Below, one piece after another: positions 1 to 12,200 of a stretch of 64,000 nucleotides of DNA. Below the pieces are notes generated by a model, which was not told the origin of the DNA, searched no databases, and saw only the letters and a list, made by a program, of their open reading frames with translations. The position numbers and the translations under genes were made by a program. Numbering within the stretch: the first letter of the stretch is position 1; every line of letters starts with the position of its first letter. Source of the stretch: Oculina patagonica (taxonomy: Eukaryota); assembly GCF_052425735.1 (NCBI RefSeq), contig NC_135762.1, forward strand, positions 12,834,001 through 12,898,000. The letters are read 5' to 3'.

Positions 1-225
1 CCCTGCAGGCGCGTCTGTTGGAGGGACTGGGGCATTCAGAAGCAAATTCAATTTTATAATGTTTTTAGCCACAACGTCCAACTGTCCAGAACAAGGTTGG
101 CCACTACTTCCAAATGAAAAAGCCACTACTTCCAAATGTCCAGAACAAGGTTGACCAAAGTTTGGTTCCTGACGCGCGCGGTGGCCGTTAACTGTAACTG
201 TAATTTTCTTCCTTTTTTTTTCAAG

Positions 226-3200
226 GTAGTAGAGTTTGCAGAGTATGGAAATCTTGTCGAGTCATTTGCATATCACTCTGTGGAGCGACTGTGTGAATTT
301 ACAATCCAGGTTGCGACTGCTTTGGAATACCTAGAAAGTATGAAGGTCATTCACCAGTCGGTCAAGACTTTTAATTGCTTAGTTACTGCAGATTTCAAGG
401 TAAGCTCTCCTGGTGAACTGTCTGGTTAATTGACTACACTTTGCAGCTACTTATAATCATTATTTAATCCTATTTTATATAGCCTCCCACGCAGTCGTTC
501 TTAGGGAGTGAAACACGATCGCCCCTAAGAACGACTGCGTGGGAGGCTAATTTTATACTGTTTGTTGTAACTACTGTTGTGGTGGGCTTTTGACAAAGAT
601 AAAAAGAACCCGAATTTTTCTCTTTGTCTCATGGTCGTGACAACAGAAGTTGCAATTTTTTCTCCATATTTTAATTTGTTGACATATGTTTTATATTGGG
701 ATGTCAAGCGGACAACTATATACTGGTTTTGCAACACCCCCTTCGGGGTATACCATGGAATATCTCACTTATCGCTTGTAATTTCTCGGTATACACACGA
801 GCCTTTTATACCATGCCATAGAAAATACGGTGGCCAACACAATCATACGCGCAGACATATGCGCAGACTTCATTTTGAAAGGCGTTTAACTTGCTTTCTA
901 TTGTTTATTTTTATTTATTGAAAATTCTGACACAGAATACAAGAAAATAGATGTCAAATAATGTTATTATAGTCAAATGCTCGAAACATTCTAGCATTCA
1001 AGACTTCTCGATGTTTGGTAAATTCGCGGCTTTCAACTAAAGATGTTGTTGCTCTTTAATGCCACCCATTCACGTTTCTGAAACTTGTCAAGGAGTCAGC
1101 CTTTATCTCCAGAATGAAATGGCAAAGGTGGTTATCCAATTCTGCAAAAGGAATTTCGGTCAGACGTCTTTTGAAGTTTTCTCTGAACAAGTTGGAGCTT
1201 GATTGAACTTGACAAACTTGCTGCCATCCTAATTAATTTTCTTTACGTTTTTGGGTTTCTTTGCTCTTCAACAGAAACTTTTTGATCAGTCAGCAGTGTT
1301 TTGCTGTTTAGATCTTTATTTTCCGCTGCGTTTTTTTCCTCAAAAGTGAAGCCGAGAGAGTCATTTGGTTCTGACATGACTCAAACAACACTTGGAAGAA
1401 ACTGAAAGTGACACCTTACTAAATTTTCACAGGAATAGGATCGTAGCGCACGATGGGAAGGTTGGGTGTAATCTCGTCGATTATTAACAACTAGCAATTT
1501 TATATTGCAATTCCTGCGTTTTGATTGGTTAACAGGCAATGAATGGTATATGAGCTCATATACCATTGACCACAAATATAGTCAGTAGCCAAAACGCGTC
1601 AACAAAACTGCTGGGGAGCTCAAATATTGCAGTTGAATGAATAATAATAAACTCCAATTTACATTCTTGATTATATATTTGATTCTTTTGACAGTTGAAG
1701 CTTGCAGGCATTGGAGCTTGTCGGTTTGAGAGCGACATAAGAATGTTAGTGTGTCTCACTTGTACTTAGTACGGATAACTTACTTGATTTTATGTTGCTG
1801 TTAGGGTGGGATTGCTAGCCCTTATTTCCCAACCTCCTTCTTTTTTCATTCATTTCATTGAGTGTCTCCCGTGGATGCCTTCAGGTGGTTTTTTATTCTT
1901 CTATTCCACAATCATTAGTGTGAAGAATAACACTGGACTGTTAAATGGAAAGCTGGACATTCTTTCTTGCTACTTAAGGCTGTTCCTTGAGCTGTTGCCC
2001 CTAAAAAATACCTTTTCAATACCTAGCGGCTGGCTGCTTACATTGGATCTCTCAATTCGTCAAAAGCTAAATATTCAGTGGAATGAGTAGATGGACGCTC
2101 TATACTCTATTGTTTGATCAGTAAACTTAACTTTCTGTTACGCTTTGTCGTTTGAATTTTTGTCTTATTAACTTTGCAGGGAAAAGCAAGTTCCCAGTGT
2201 GCTGCAGAAGGATCTGGTTTACATGTTTGCTAAGCTTTTCTCTAGTGCATTTGCCAGTTATTTTCGAAATAGCAAAGACAGTTTGAAAATTATGGTGAGT
2301 TAGTTGATTATTTTATTTGCTTTCTAATTCTTTTTTCTCGCGTCAAAATTAGTTATGGGCCCTGATAACATGGACCCTAGTCAGCCTCCACCATTTTCGA
2401 TGCCATCGAAATTTTGAAAACTGTACGGCAAAGCGAAATCGTATTGCATTGCTGTAAGTTGTGTTACTGGAAGTCTGTTTGAGTATATTCGGCAGTTTCA
2501 CAGTGATTTCTTTCGTTTACACACGCTCCGCGAAAAATATAATACCAAAATTGCTGTATGTAGACAAAAACAAAGGCGTGGCAGAATGCTGCATGCTGGC
2601 ATGCTGAGATTACGTGCCAGTCGCATATCATTTGCAAAGTAATAATTTGTTCATGAACGGGTGAAGGGTTTATTCCTGTAGAGTAACAAACAAGGGTAAT
2701 ATGACCAGTAATAACAAATTGATTCTTTTTTAAGGAAACTGTTAACTGCGTAGGGTGGAAAATGAAAGATTTAGCTGGTTAATCAACTAGAGGTAAAAAG
2801 GGAAGAGAATCGGACACCATTGGGGGAGACCATAAGTAGCCTGTCAACTGGCTTGTGGCAACTGAATTGTTTATGTTATATTTCTACCAAAACGTTTCAT
2901 TACAGTACTGTAATCCAGGTAGTGTTCGAAGGAGGCTAGTAGACGGTAAGTATCGATATCTATTAGCTACATTAACAGATGCGTTGTGGCAAGTTACAAT
3001 GCAATGATTCCATCAATAAGTTTTCGCTTGCATGGTTTGGTCAAAATAGTATACGTGGGAAACCATCATCGAGAATCCTCTCTTCAGAATATTGACGCCT
3101 CAGTAGAGAAACGCGTAAGATGTAAAACGCCAAAACCATTCCATTCATTAAAAAAATTGCTACATTTAGAGAGGAAGCCACATCAGCGCTAGCTGGTTTT

Positions 3201-6200
3201 CATGTGGGTCCTCTGTCCAGGTCGAATTGGAATTTGGAAATGTTGGTTTTTCAGGAGGGAGGAAACCGGAGAACCCGGAGAAAAACCCTCGGGGCAAGGC
3301 GAGAACCAACAACAAACTCAACCCACATATGGCACCGGGCCGGAATCGAACCCGGGCCACATTGGTGGTAGGCGAGCACTCTCACCACTGAGCCATCCCT
3401 GCTCCCCTTGGTCGGTTAAAGTTTTCGGTGATTTTTATTGGTGTTGGGCATGTGACATGCACAACCAATGAAAATCACCGAATACTTTAACCGACCAATT
3501 AATGAATGGAATGGTTATAGCGTTTTACATCTAAAAAAATTGCTTTTTCTTGGGTGTCACAGCAGCGGTCTGCCAAAAGTTATATCACGTGACCTATTTT
3601 TATAAAATCAACAAGAAACGGCAAACTACGTACAGCGCAAGAAACAAAGTAAAAAGCAAAACACACCTGGATAGTAAGAAAGGACAAATGCAAAGTATAA
3701 CTGGAAGAGAAGAATTACATTTAATGATTAAAAGAAAATTAGAAACAGAAATGCCTATTACTCTTTGCAATAATAGCAACTAGACAGACATTGACCCCGA
3801 GGATAGACCTTGCTGGCACGAGTATCGTATATCATGCGAATGTCACGCTGCAATACAACGCAACTTTTTTGTTGAGCAACAAAAGAAGTTTCAATGAAGT
3901 TACCTTTATGTTTAATGAATTAATAAAAAATAGAGATGATTAAAGGCTTCTAAGAATAACCAAGTGACACGGGGCACAAAGCCCAAAGGGCTTTTGATTA
4001 TTGTTTACTTTCACTCTTCTGGCTCCTCACCTTTTGTACGATCCAGACAGTCTGACAACTTTGACAGTTTGCTTGCTTTAATAAAATACTGCATTTCGAA
4101 ATCAATTGCCTCCCCTACCATGGGTTTTCTCGGTTTCCTTTAATTTTGTTTATTTTATTTCGTTGTTAGTTTGTTTGTCTATTTTTTTGTCTATTTAAGA
4201 AAACTGCAAAACCACAAGATGTAGTATATGGTTACCTTTGTCCCTCCCATTTTTGTGACGTATTTAATCGGTGTTTGCAAACGGATCCAGATGAAAGACC
4301 TTCCTTTTCTGATGTCAGGCGGTCTCTTATTGCACAGGTTAGATTATTGGTTAACGTGTGTATCGATATGTAACTGAACACCCCACACCCTCCCCCACAA
4401 GGTTTTTCACACTTGATTCCTGCACAAAGAAACGTCACACCGCGTGAGGGAGGTACAGGGGAAATGTGGACTCCTAAGTTCTCGGTACGAAAAGATTGGA
4501 GTACAAGTTTCTCTTGAAAATTGAGATGACTTTCTACAGTATGTGGCCAAATTGTAGGGAAATGCGACCTGAAATTCGAAACCCTTTAGTCGAACCACTT
4601 CTAAATTTTTCTTTTATTAGAACTTTTCAAGGAGTCTCTTTCACTTATAAGTACAGCTAGTTACACTATAGTATTTGATGCTCTCTGGACACAAAATGTT
4701 TCTTTATAAGAGGGAAACACTCTTGAGCAGTTGCCAGAAGCCATTATACATTAAAGAAAATCAGGTTGAAAACAAAAAATTCAATGGCTTGTTTCGCCTC
4801 TAATTATTAAAGATAATTTGTCATGTATTGACTTTAATTTATTGTAGCATTTGTTTTCTTACAGGAGCAACCTTTAAAGGTGAGGGTTACCAGCAGCTTC
4901 AATGCAGAGTCAAAAGGGTTTCTAAGCTGTGAAGCTGGAGATCTTATAACTCTTATTTCCAAGGACCGTCACAGGTACGTTATTAAATAGATTTAGCCAA
5001 GCCTAAAAGCGTAGCTCCCCGGTAATTTACATTGCCCTTTATTTAAATGTCTGAATTCACTGACCATAGGCATAAAAAAATTGGTCTTGAGCTCGCGATC
5101 CAATATAAACCTTTTTCCTGTCAGCGGACAATTTTATAAAAACACGTTACCTCGATGAGTTATGCACCTGAGCCCGCTATATGGTCACGCGATACTGGTC
5201 AGCGGACACCTTGTGTTGACAGCTGTCAACTGACCATAACGTGGATGTCCAGCATCAAAGAGGTTATAGGTTAACCTATTTCTGAAGTGGGCAACGTACG
5301 AATGGACGGACGTACGCGCCCGCGAGCCATGTCACTAGCCGTGATGACCATAAAAACTGAAGTTTATGGTTTTCCTATTTCTTTGGATTTTCTATGGGTA
5401 TGGGGCTCTGCTCTAAGGTCCTTCGGGCCGCTGTGGAGCTCGCTATAATAAAAGAATACAGTCAACTCTCTCTTAACGGACACCTTTATAAGACGGACAC
5501 CTCCATAAGACGGACACCTGGTTATGGTCCCTGCCGTTTTTCAGTCATTTTACTGTAAGAAAACTCTCTGTAAGACGGACACCTCTCTAAGACGGACAAC
5601 GGACACTTTGAAACCGCCAACGGACAGGCACTTAAAGTTTTTTTTTTCGTGAATAATACTTCAAAACTTGTTATCGACATATAGCATAGCAGGTCAGCGC
5701 CTTTAGAATACCTAGTTTACCAAAAACAATCCGCTAAAACGCATTACTTCTCTGCTTATACTTGAAGATTTAGTTTTCTACTTACAGTATCACCGTTTGT
5801 TATTAACAAACAAGTCAAATCTCTGATATTATTTTTGTTCCACTTTATAGGTCTTGCTAACGTAAGTGACTAAAACAGACGTGTATTCGTTGTGCATGGC
5901 CGTTTAGCTTTATGGTCTTAAAATTTCTGGTGTCACGTTACCTCGACTCTCTATAAGGCGGACACCTCTATAAGACGGACAGTTGGGGCTGGTCCTGACG
6001 GTGTCCGTCTTAGAGAGAGTTGACTGTTGTTCAGAAATTGTTAAAACCACCACTGACTATTTCATAATTTCTGTCGACATTTTTGGAAGGGAATAGAAGA
6101 AAGGAAAGCTGTTGTAGTTGTTGTTTTCAGTTTACTGCATAGAAGACAAAATTGCTAGATGGTGATTGGCCTTAGAATGCGGATATGTTTTGTTTCACTT

Positions 6201-9200
6201 CACATTGCGCTAGTTTAATTAAATATCACTTGAGGACTTAATTCACATGTGAAATTACAAGATAAAACGTGACATTTGGCATTTGGTATGGAGTTAACAT
6301 GAAATTCATTCAAATGCCAAAAAAGGAAATAAATATTCCATATGGATTGAGTGATTTACAGAGGGAAAACATCTCCATCATTGAAATATGGTTCGCAATG
6401 CTTGCTACATATTTTAAGGTTCATTCGAAAAGAAAACTGGTTTATCTGTGGGAACATTCAAATGGTGTAAGAGGAAAGTCATGGTTTCCATTCCTACCGA
6501 GATAGAATACCGGCAGAAGTATTGAGAAGTAATTAAGAAGACTGTCAGACTTTGACGTGTGCTTCAGGTTACACATGTCACTTCTATTAGTGACCTAACG
6601 TGCCTACTCAAAAACGCAATTAAGCAAATGCTCAAGCTTCTTGAAGTACACGAAGCTTGATCTTACCAGGTGTTTTCTATGTGCGTACAACTTGAATCTA
6701 CCTATCATACTACAGAAGCAAAATGAAACAAGCCTGATATGTTTACTTGCAGGGGCGACAAAAATGCGTGGCTAGGTGAAACAAAAGATCGAAAAATTGG
6801 ATTTTTCAATAGCGAGCATGTAGAGGAAGTTTTGGAGGAGAATGTTGATGGTATGAGTAAACATTTGATCCGTAGATGGTTAAAGCTGCACTGCCTAGTT
6901 TTTAAACAAGAAAAAAAATCTTATTTATTTTGGTTTTCAGATTCAGTTATACCACCGGAGATCCGTGCACGAGGCCCGAAAGCCGAACTTGCTTTCCAAA
7001 ATGCCCTGCGGAATGGAAAAGTGAAAGTGTACCGTGGTCGCATTATGTTTCTTGGACAGGCCCGAGCAGGGAAAACGAGCCTGAAGAAATCACTTCTTGG
7101 CATCCCGTTTAACCCTGAAGAAGAGAGTACCGTGGGAGTCGAAGTTGACCCATCCAAGTGTGAAGTGCATGTTGACCAAGTTAGCAACTGGCAGCGCACG
7201 GAACAAAGAAAGCTTGATGTCTCTGAGTTTGCTGACGACATAGCAAGGATAATCGCTAAAGACTTAACAGAAACAGGGGTGGACCAAAAGGACGTCGATG
7301 ACGTGGATTTTGGCGTTGAGGAGGTAACAGGTTAACTTCTACAGACACTTGTTAACTCTACGGAAATGGCGTTTACTAGAAACCTTTTTCAGGTCGTTTT
7401 TTGTTTCGTCTGTGACGGCGAGGGTGAGAGGGGGAGGGAGGGGGTTCCTAAGGATATTGAAGCTTGGTGTCGAAACGTAGAAAATCTTTAGCATGTCCAA
7501 AAAAAAAAGATGGTTCCATTGAGGCCTGCGACACGATATAATGGCGTCATGAGGTGAGAATGGCGTCATTATTAATTTTCCGAACAACCGCCATCTTGGA
7601 CATGCAGTCTTGACTTCTTCTTGACTTTCTAGGCAATATCAAGTTCGTTCTAAAAATGTCAAAAGTACGGTTGTAAAGACTTCTAGTGGCAGCAAAAGTT
7701 TGATAAAGCAACACATTCTGTAATTTTGCTAATTATTTCTTTTTCTGCTTGTATTACCACATTAGGGGAACGGGGATGAGGTGGATGCTGGCGGTCCAAA
7801 GGAATTAGAGGACTCACCGGACATAGCCAAGCCAATACAGGAGACAGAACAGGAGAACGAGGCATCAGCTGGAGACCCTAGCACCATTGAGCTAGAGAGA
7901 AGTAAACCGGCAGATCCAGATATTCAACTGGGTATTGATACCACTGCAGCTTTACCTAATGACGTCACAGATTTGGTTGTGCAATACTTGCAAAATCTAA
8001 AATTAGAGGAAAGCATCAAAACAAAAGAAGCCATTTTAACTCTTTGGGATTTTGCCGGGCAGCACCTTTATTATGCATCCCATTCTGTTTTCCTCTCCCC
8101 ACGAGCTATCTACGCCTTGGTGTATAACCTTAGCAAAGATCTGAATGCTCCAGCAGAACCTTGTGTCAGACAGGGCATTCACGATATTGTCCTGGAAAAC
8201 CCAAACAATGAGACCAATTTGGAGAGTTTGTTGACCTGGCTGGCCTCTCTTCACAGTATTCGGCCAATAACAGATGAGGCTGTTAGTGATCAGGAAGGGA
8301 AACTAGCGTACCTCCGTCCTCCAGTGTTTATTGTAGGTACTAATGCAGATAAACATTTTGAAGATGTTAAGAAAATGGAAAAGTGCATCCAGAAGAGTAT
8401 CTCAGGAAAGACGTACGAGAAGCATGTGATCAGACCACTCTTTGCTGTTGACAACACAAGATCGTTTGGTGATGAAGGGGTTCAATCGCTGCAGAAAAGG
8501 GTCATGGAGGTGTTGAAACAAGAGCCGTACATGGGTGAAGAGGTGCCAATAAGGTACTTTGCTTTAGATCCCAATTAATAAGTAAAAAGAACGACAGTTA
8601 AAAAAGGTCAATAAGATAGATCATTGTTGTATCAAAAAGAAAAACCCATCACCTACTTGAGTCTTTATTCGCATTGACGTTTTCAACAATTTTCTCGAAA
8701 AGTTGCATTAACTTCCAGTGATTGTTGATCTGTCTAAGCGCTACCACAAATAAAAGCAACTGATGAAAAGAACTCATGCAAATGACGCGAGCCTTGATTG
8801 ACGTTGCAGCCTAGAAGAACTTTAGAGAAAATCTGTAAAGTGCACTGTAATAAAAATCATTAAGCAAAGAAAAAACGTTAACCCCATCCCAACCCACCCA
8901 GGCCACTTTTCACTGAAACCATAAACAGCCTAGTCACAATGGCTTTTTTTGTTACGGTAAATCGTAACCAAACGTAGAAAGGAGAGTGAGTGTTGGTATA
9001 CCACATCAAAGCCAATCACACTCCACAAATTAAGTTTTTGGTTGAAAGGGGGCAACAGAAAACATGTGCAGTTTGTCTTTCCTCAGGTGGTTTACCTTCG
9101 AGAAAGTCGTCGACGCTTTAATAGCAAAGGAAACCTATCATATGAATCTTGATCAGCTCCTAGTTGTCACAAGACAAGTTTGCCGCATAGACGAGAAGGA

Positions 9201-12200
9201 AGAATTGAATGCCATGTTGAATTTTTACCATGACCTCGGGGTGATAGTAAAGCATGGCCACACTGTTGTGCTGCAGGCTCAGTGGTTGATTGACCTTTTC
9301 AAACAACTCATAACCGTGCGACCTTTTGACGAAGTGGTAAGCAGAGATGGTGATTTACGTTATTACACCAGTGCTCCACATTACTTTGTGCGTGGTCGTA
9401 TAAACGTCGTTGCTAGTTTTGTGTTTACTTTTACCAGTGAAAGATGCAACACCACACAAACCATCATGTCTACGTCCAAACGTCCTAAAGGATTCCTGAG
9501 TTATCCCTAAACTCAGAAGATTTTGAAATCAGACTGGTGATTTGGAACCTAACCTAATTCCCAGCTTTTTGAATACACCATCAAGAATCTAACTAGAACT
9601 TCACATTTCCATAGTACGACAATTTTACTTGGCTCGTTCCCACCTTTTCCATGCCCCTTAACGACTTGATTACCACTCGGTGTTAGATGACTTGGTTTGT
9701 AAAAACCAAAAATGTGGATGTGCCACTGTTAATTCCTGTTTATTTATTGTATTTATTACCGTTTTATAGCAATATTTTTCCTCTTATATCTCAATTAAGA
9801 ATCCTCTGTACTCAGAATGCTGGCTGGAACTCGAGAAAAGTGGTATCCTCAGGATGACTCTCGTCGATCACGTTTTCGCAGATTACATCCAGAAAGGCCT
9901 TTCCAAGGAGGACGTTTTGGATATGATGGAGCTTTATGGGTTAATCGCCAAATTTTCCTTTGTACCAGCAGTTGGCGAGCAGGAACAAAGATACTTTGTA
10001 CCCGCCCAGCTTCGATCATCCCCTTCAGGTCTGTGTGAGATAACGCCCTCTAACAGCGATCCTTGCCCCCTGTATCTGCACTTCCTCGATGGATTTGTCC
10101 CTCATGGGCTATTTCCTCAGCTGCTGTCAAGAAGTATTCTCTGGTGTTCTGAACGCGGTCCCAAACAAGCTCCTAATCTGTACCACAATGGGGCAAGGCT
10201 TTTCATCGGAAAGCAGACCATTTACAATCTGATTCTTATCTGCAGAAAGAGATTCATCAAGATCATTTTGAAGGAAAGAAGACCTTCTTCAGCACCTCCA
10301 GTAACTGCATCATCGGAAATGGGACGTGACGTTCGCCTATTCTTGGAAGATACTTTGCTTGACTTGTCACAGGAGTTGTCCTGGCTATGCAATCTCCGAT
10401 ATGAATTGTGTGTTGCTTGCACCAGTTGTTTAAAGGAGGAGTGCATCAAGCACGGAGAAGTTTGCTGCGCTCACGATGACTGTCTACATCTTCTCCGAGT
10501 GCTTCCTGAAGAACAGCTGATTTGCCCGAAGAGCTTTAGCGATGATACAGTTGAAGTTCTTGGCTTGGAGAAATGGTTCCAGGGCCATAAAACGAAGGTA
10601 CTAATTCTTTCAAATTTTCTTTAACTTAAGTTGTAAACGATTATGTAAGGTGAAGGGTAAAGTCTGTGTTTGAACCTAGTGGTCCATCAGGTCAGAGCTT
10701 ATCGCGGTTTCCGTAGCATTAAAAGACTAGCAGTATTCTTAATCCTCTCTGGACGAGATACTAGTCCATCGCAGGGTTACCCCCCAGCATCACATTCGCC
10801 GGTACTCATTTATACAAGTCGGTGGAGAGAGGGCATTATGAGAGTAAGGTGTCTTACCCAAGGACACAACGATTATTTAGTTCAGTGCAGTTTAATCCTG
10901 AATTTCCCCCAGTATCGTTTGGTAGAGATGAGGTTTTTTTTTATTTCCATCAACAGTCTTGGTATCCTCAGTGGCTGGTCTTGCAAGACATGCTATACTT
11001 CAAATCTAAATATTTTACATCTTTGACCTAAACATTCAACAGCCGTCGTTTTAATAAGCTTTTTTTTTTTTACTTTCTCCTTTCTCAAAATAGATTAATG
11101 AAGAACAGAGAGTGGCTTTTTTGGCCCCTGAAGGTAAGAACAGCGGGTGCTCTATTTTAAACATATATTTCGGTTCTTCTCAATCCATGAGAGATAATCA
11201 AGGCGGTATCAAAACCAAGCAAATTTGGAGTAATTGCAAGGTCGTGCGCGATTGATCAATGTTGTCATCAAAACAAAGTTCTGTTTAGCTAAAGTAAGAA
11301 CTAACTAAGAAGAAGAATCAGCGAAAGAGGAATAGACAAATGGAAACAAATAACGGCTGCGAAGGAGTCTACAAAACCTCCTATTGCCAAATAATCGTTC
11401 GCAGGCTTCATGCTTGTATAGAACTACGTGAACATTAATTGTTAAGCTGACGGCTCTAAGAGATATTCTCCAACGAAAAATGATTGTTTTTATTCCGGTT
11501 CGCAGTTTGCGCAAGCATGAATTTTACTAACTTCAGGTGTATCTAATTTTTAAAGGGGCTATGTCTCGGGGATTTCGCAGATTTTCGGTCTAAACTGTTC
11601 CGAAATTAGTGGTAGGCATCTTAACCCATGAAGAACATCTTATTACGGAAGAAATAACCTTGATTTGTGAATATAATTCAAGCTACGGCCTTAATTATCG
11701 ATTTTTTGAAGACGCGTGGAAACAACTTGAAAAGTTAAGCCTTAATTTGCAATCTACTTCCATCCGTGCCATCCGCTGCCAAAGATGCTTATTAACACTC
11801 TCAGTGCTCTAATATAGCGATTTTTAATAAAAATGGTCTATTATCTTTAGGTTTCCTGCAAAATAAATATAAATTTTGCCTGTTTAAAAATCTGGTAAAA
11901 TCCGTGACAAAGCCCCTCTAAGGCATCCATGTCAAAACAGTATCTTCACTAAATAATGCTGAGCTAAAGGAATCTTTGCAAGCTTAAGGAATCTTTTATT
12001 GTTTTTGTTACAACTTTCATAGCTTTGGATCAAGCTTTATCATCCAAAACTGGCACTCCGTCAACAGATGATCTTCTCCTCCTTGCCTTTGAGCTGGGCA
12101 CCTCATGGAAGATGCTTGGTCGAACCCTGGCTCTTCCTGAGCCAGTTCTGGAGCAGATTGAAGTGGATAACTCTTACCTATCTGAGAGATGCTATGGTGT

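Noticed and set aside
85-160. Short local duplication (TGTCCAGAACAAGGTTG / GCCACTACTTCCAAATG)
   Set aside because: A small intronic slippage/repair duplication with no evidence of function.
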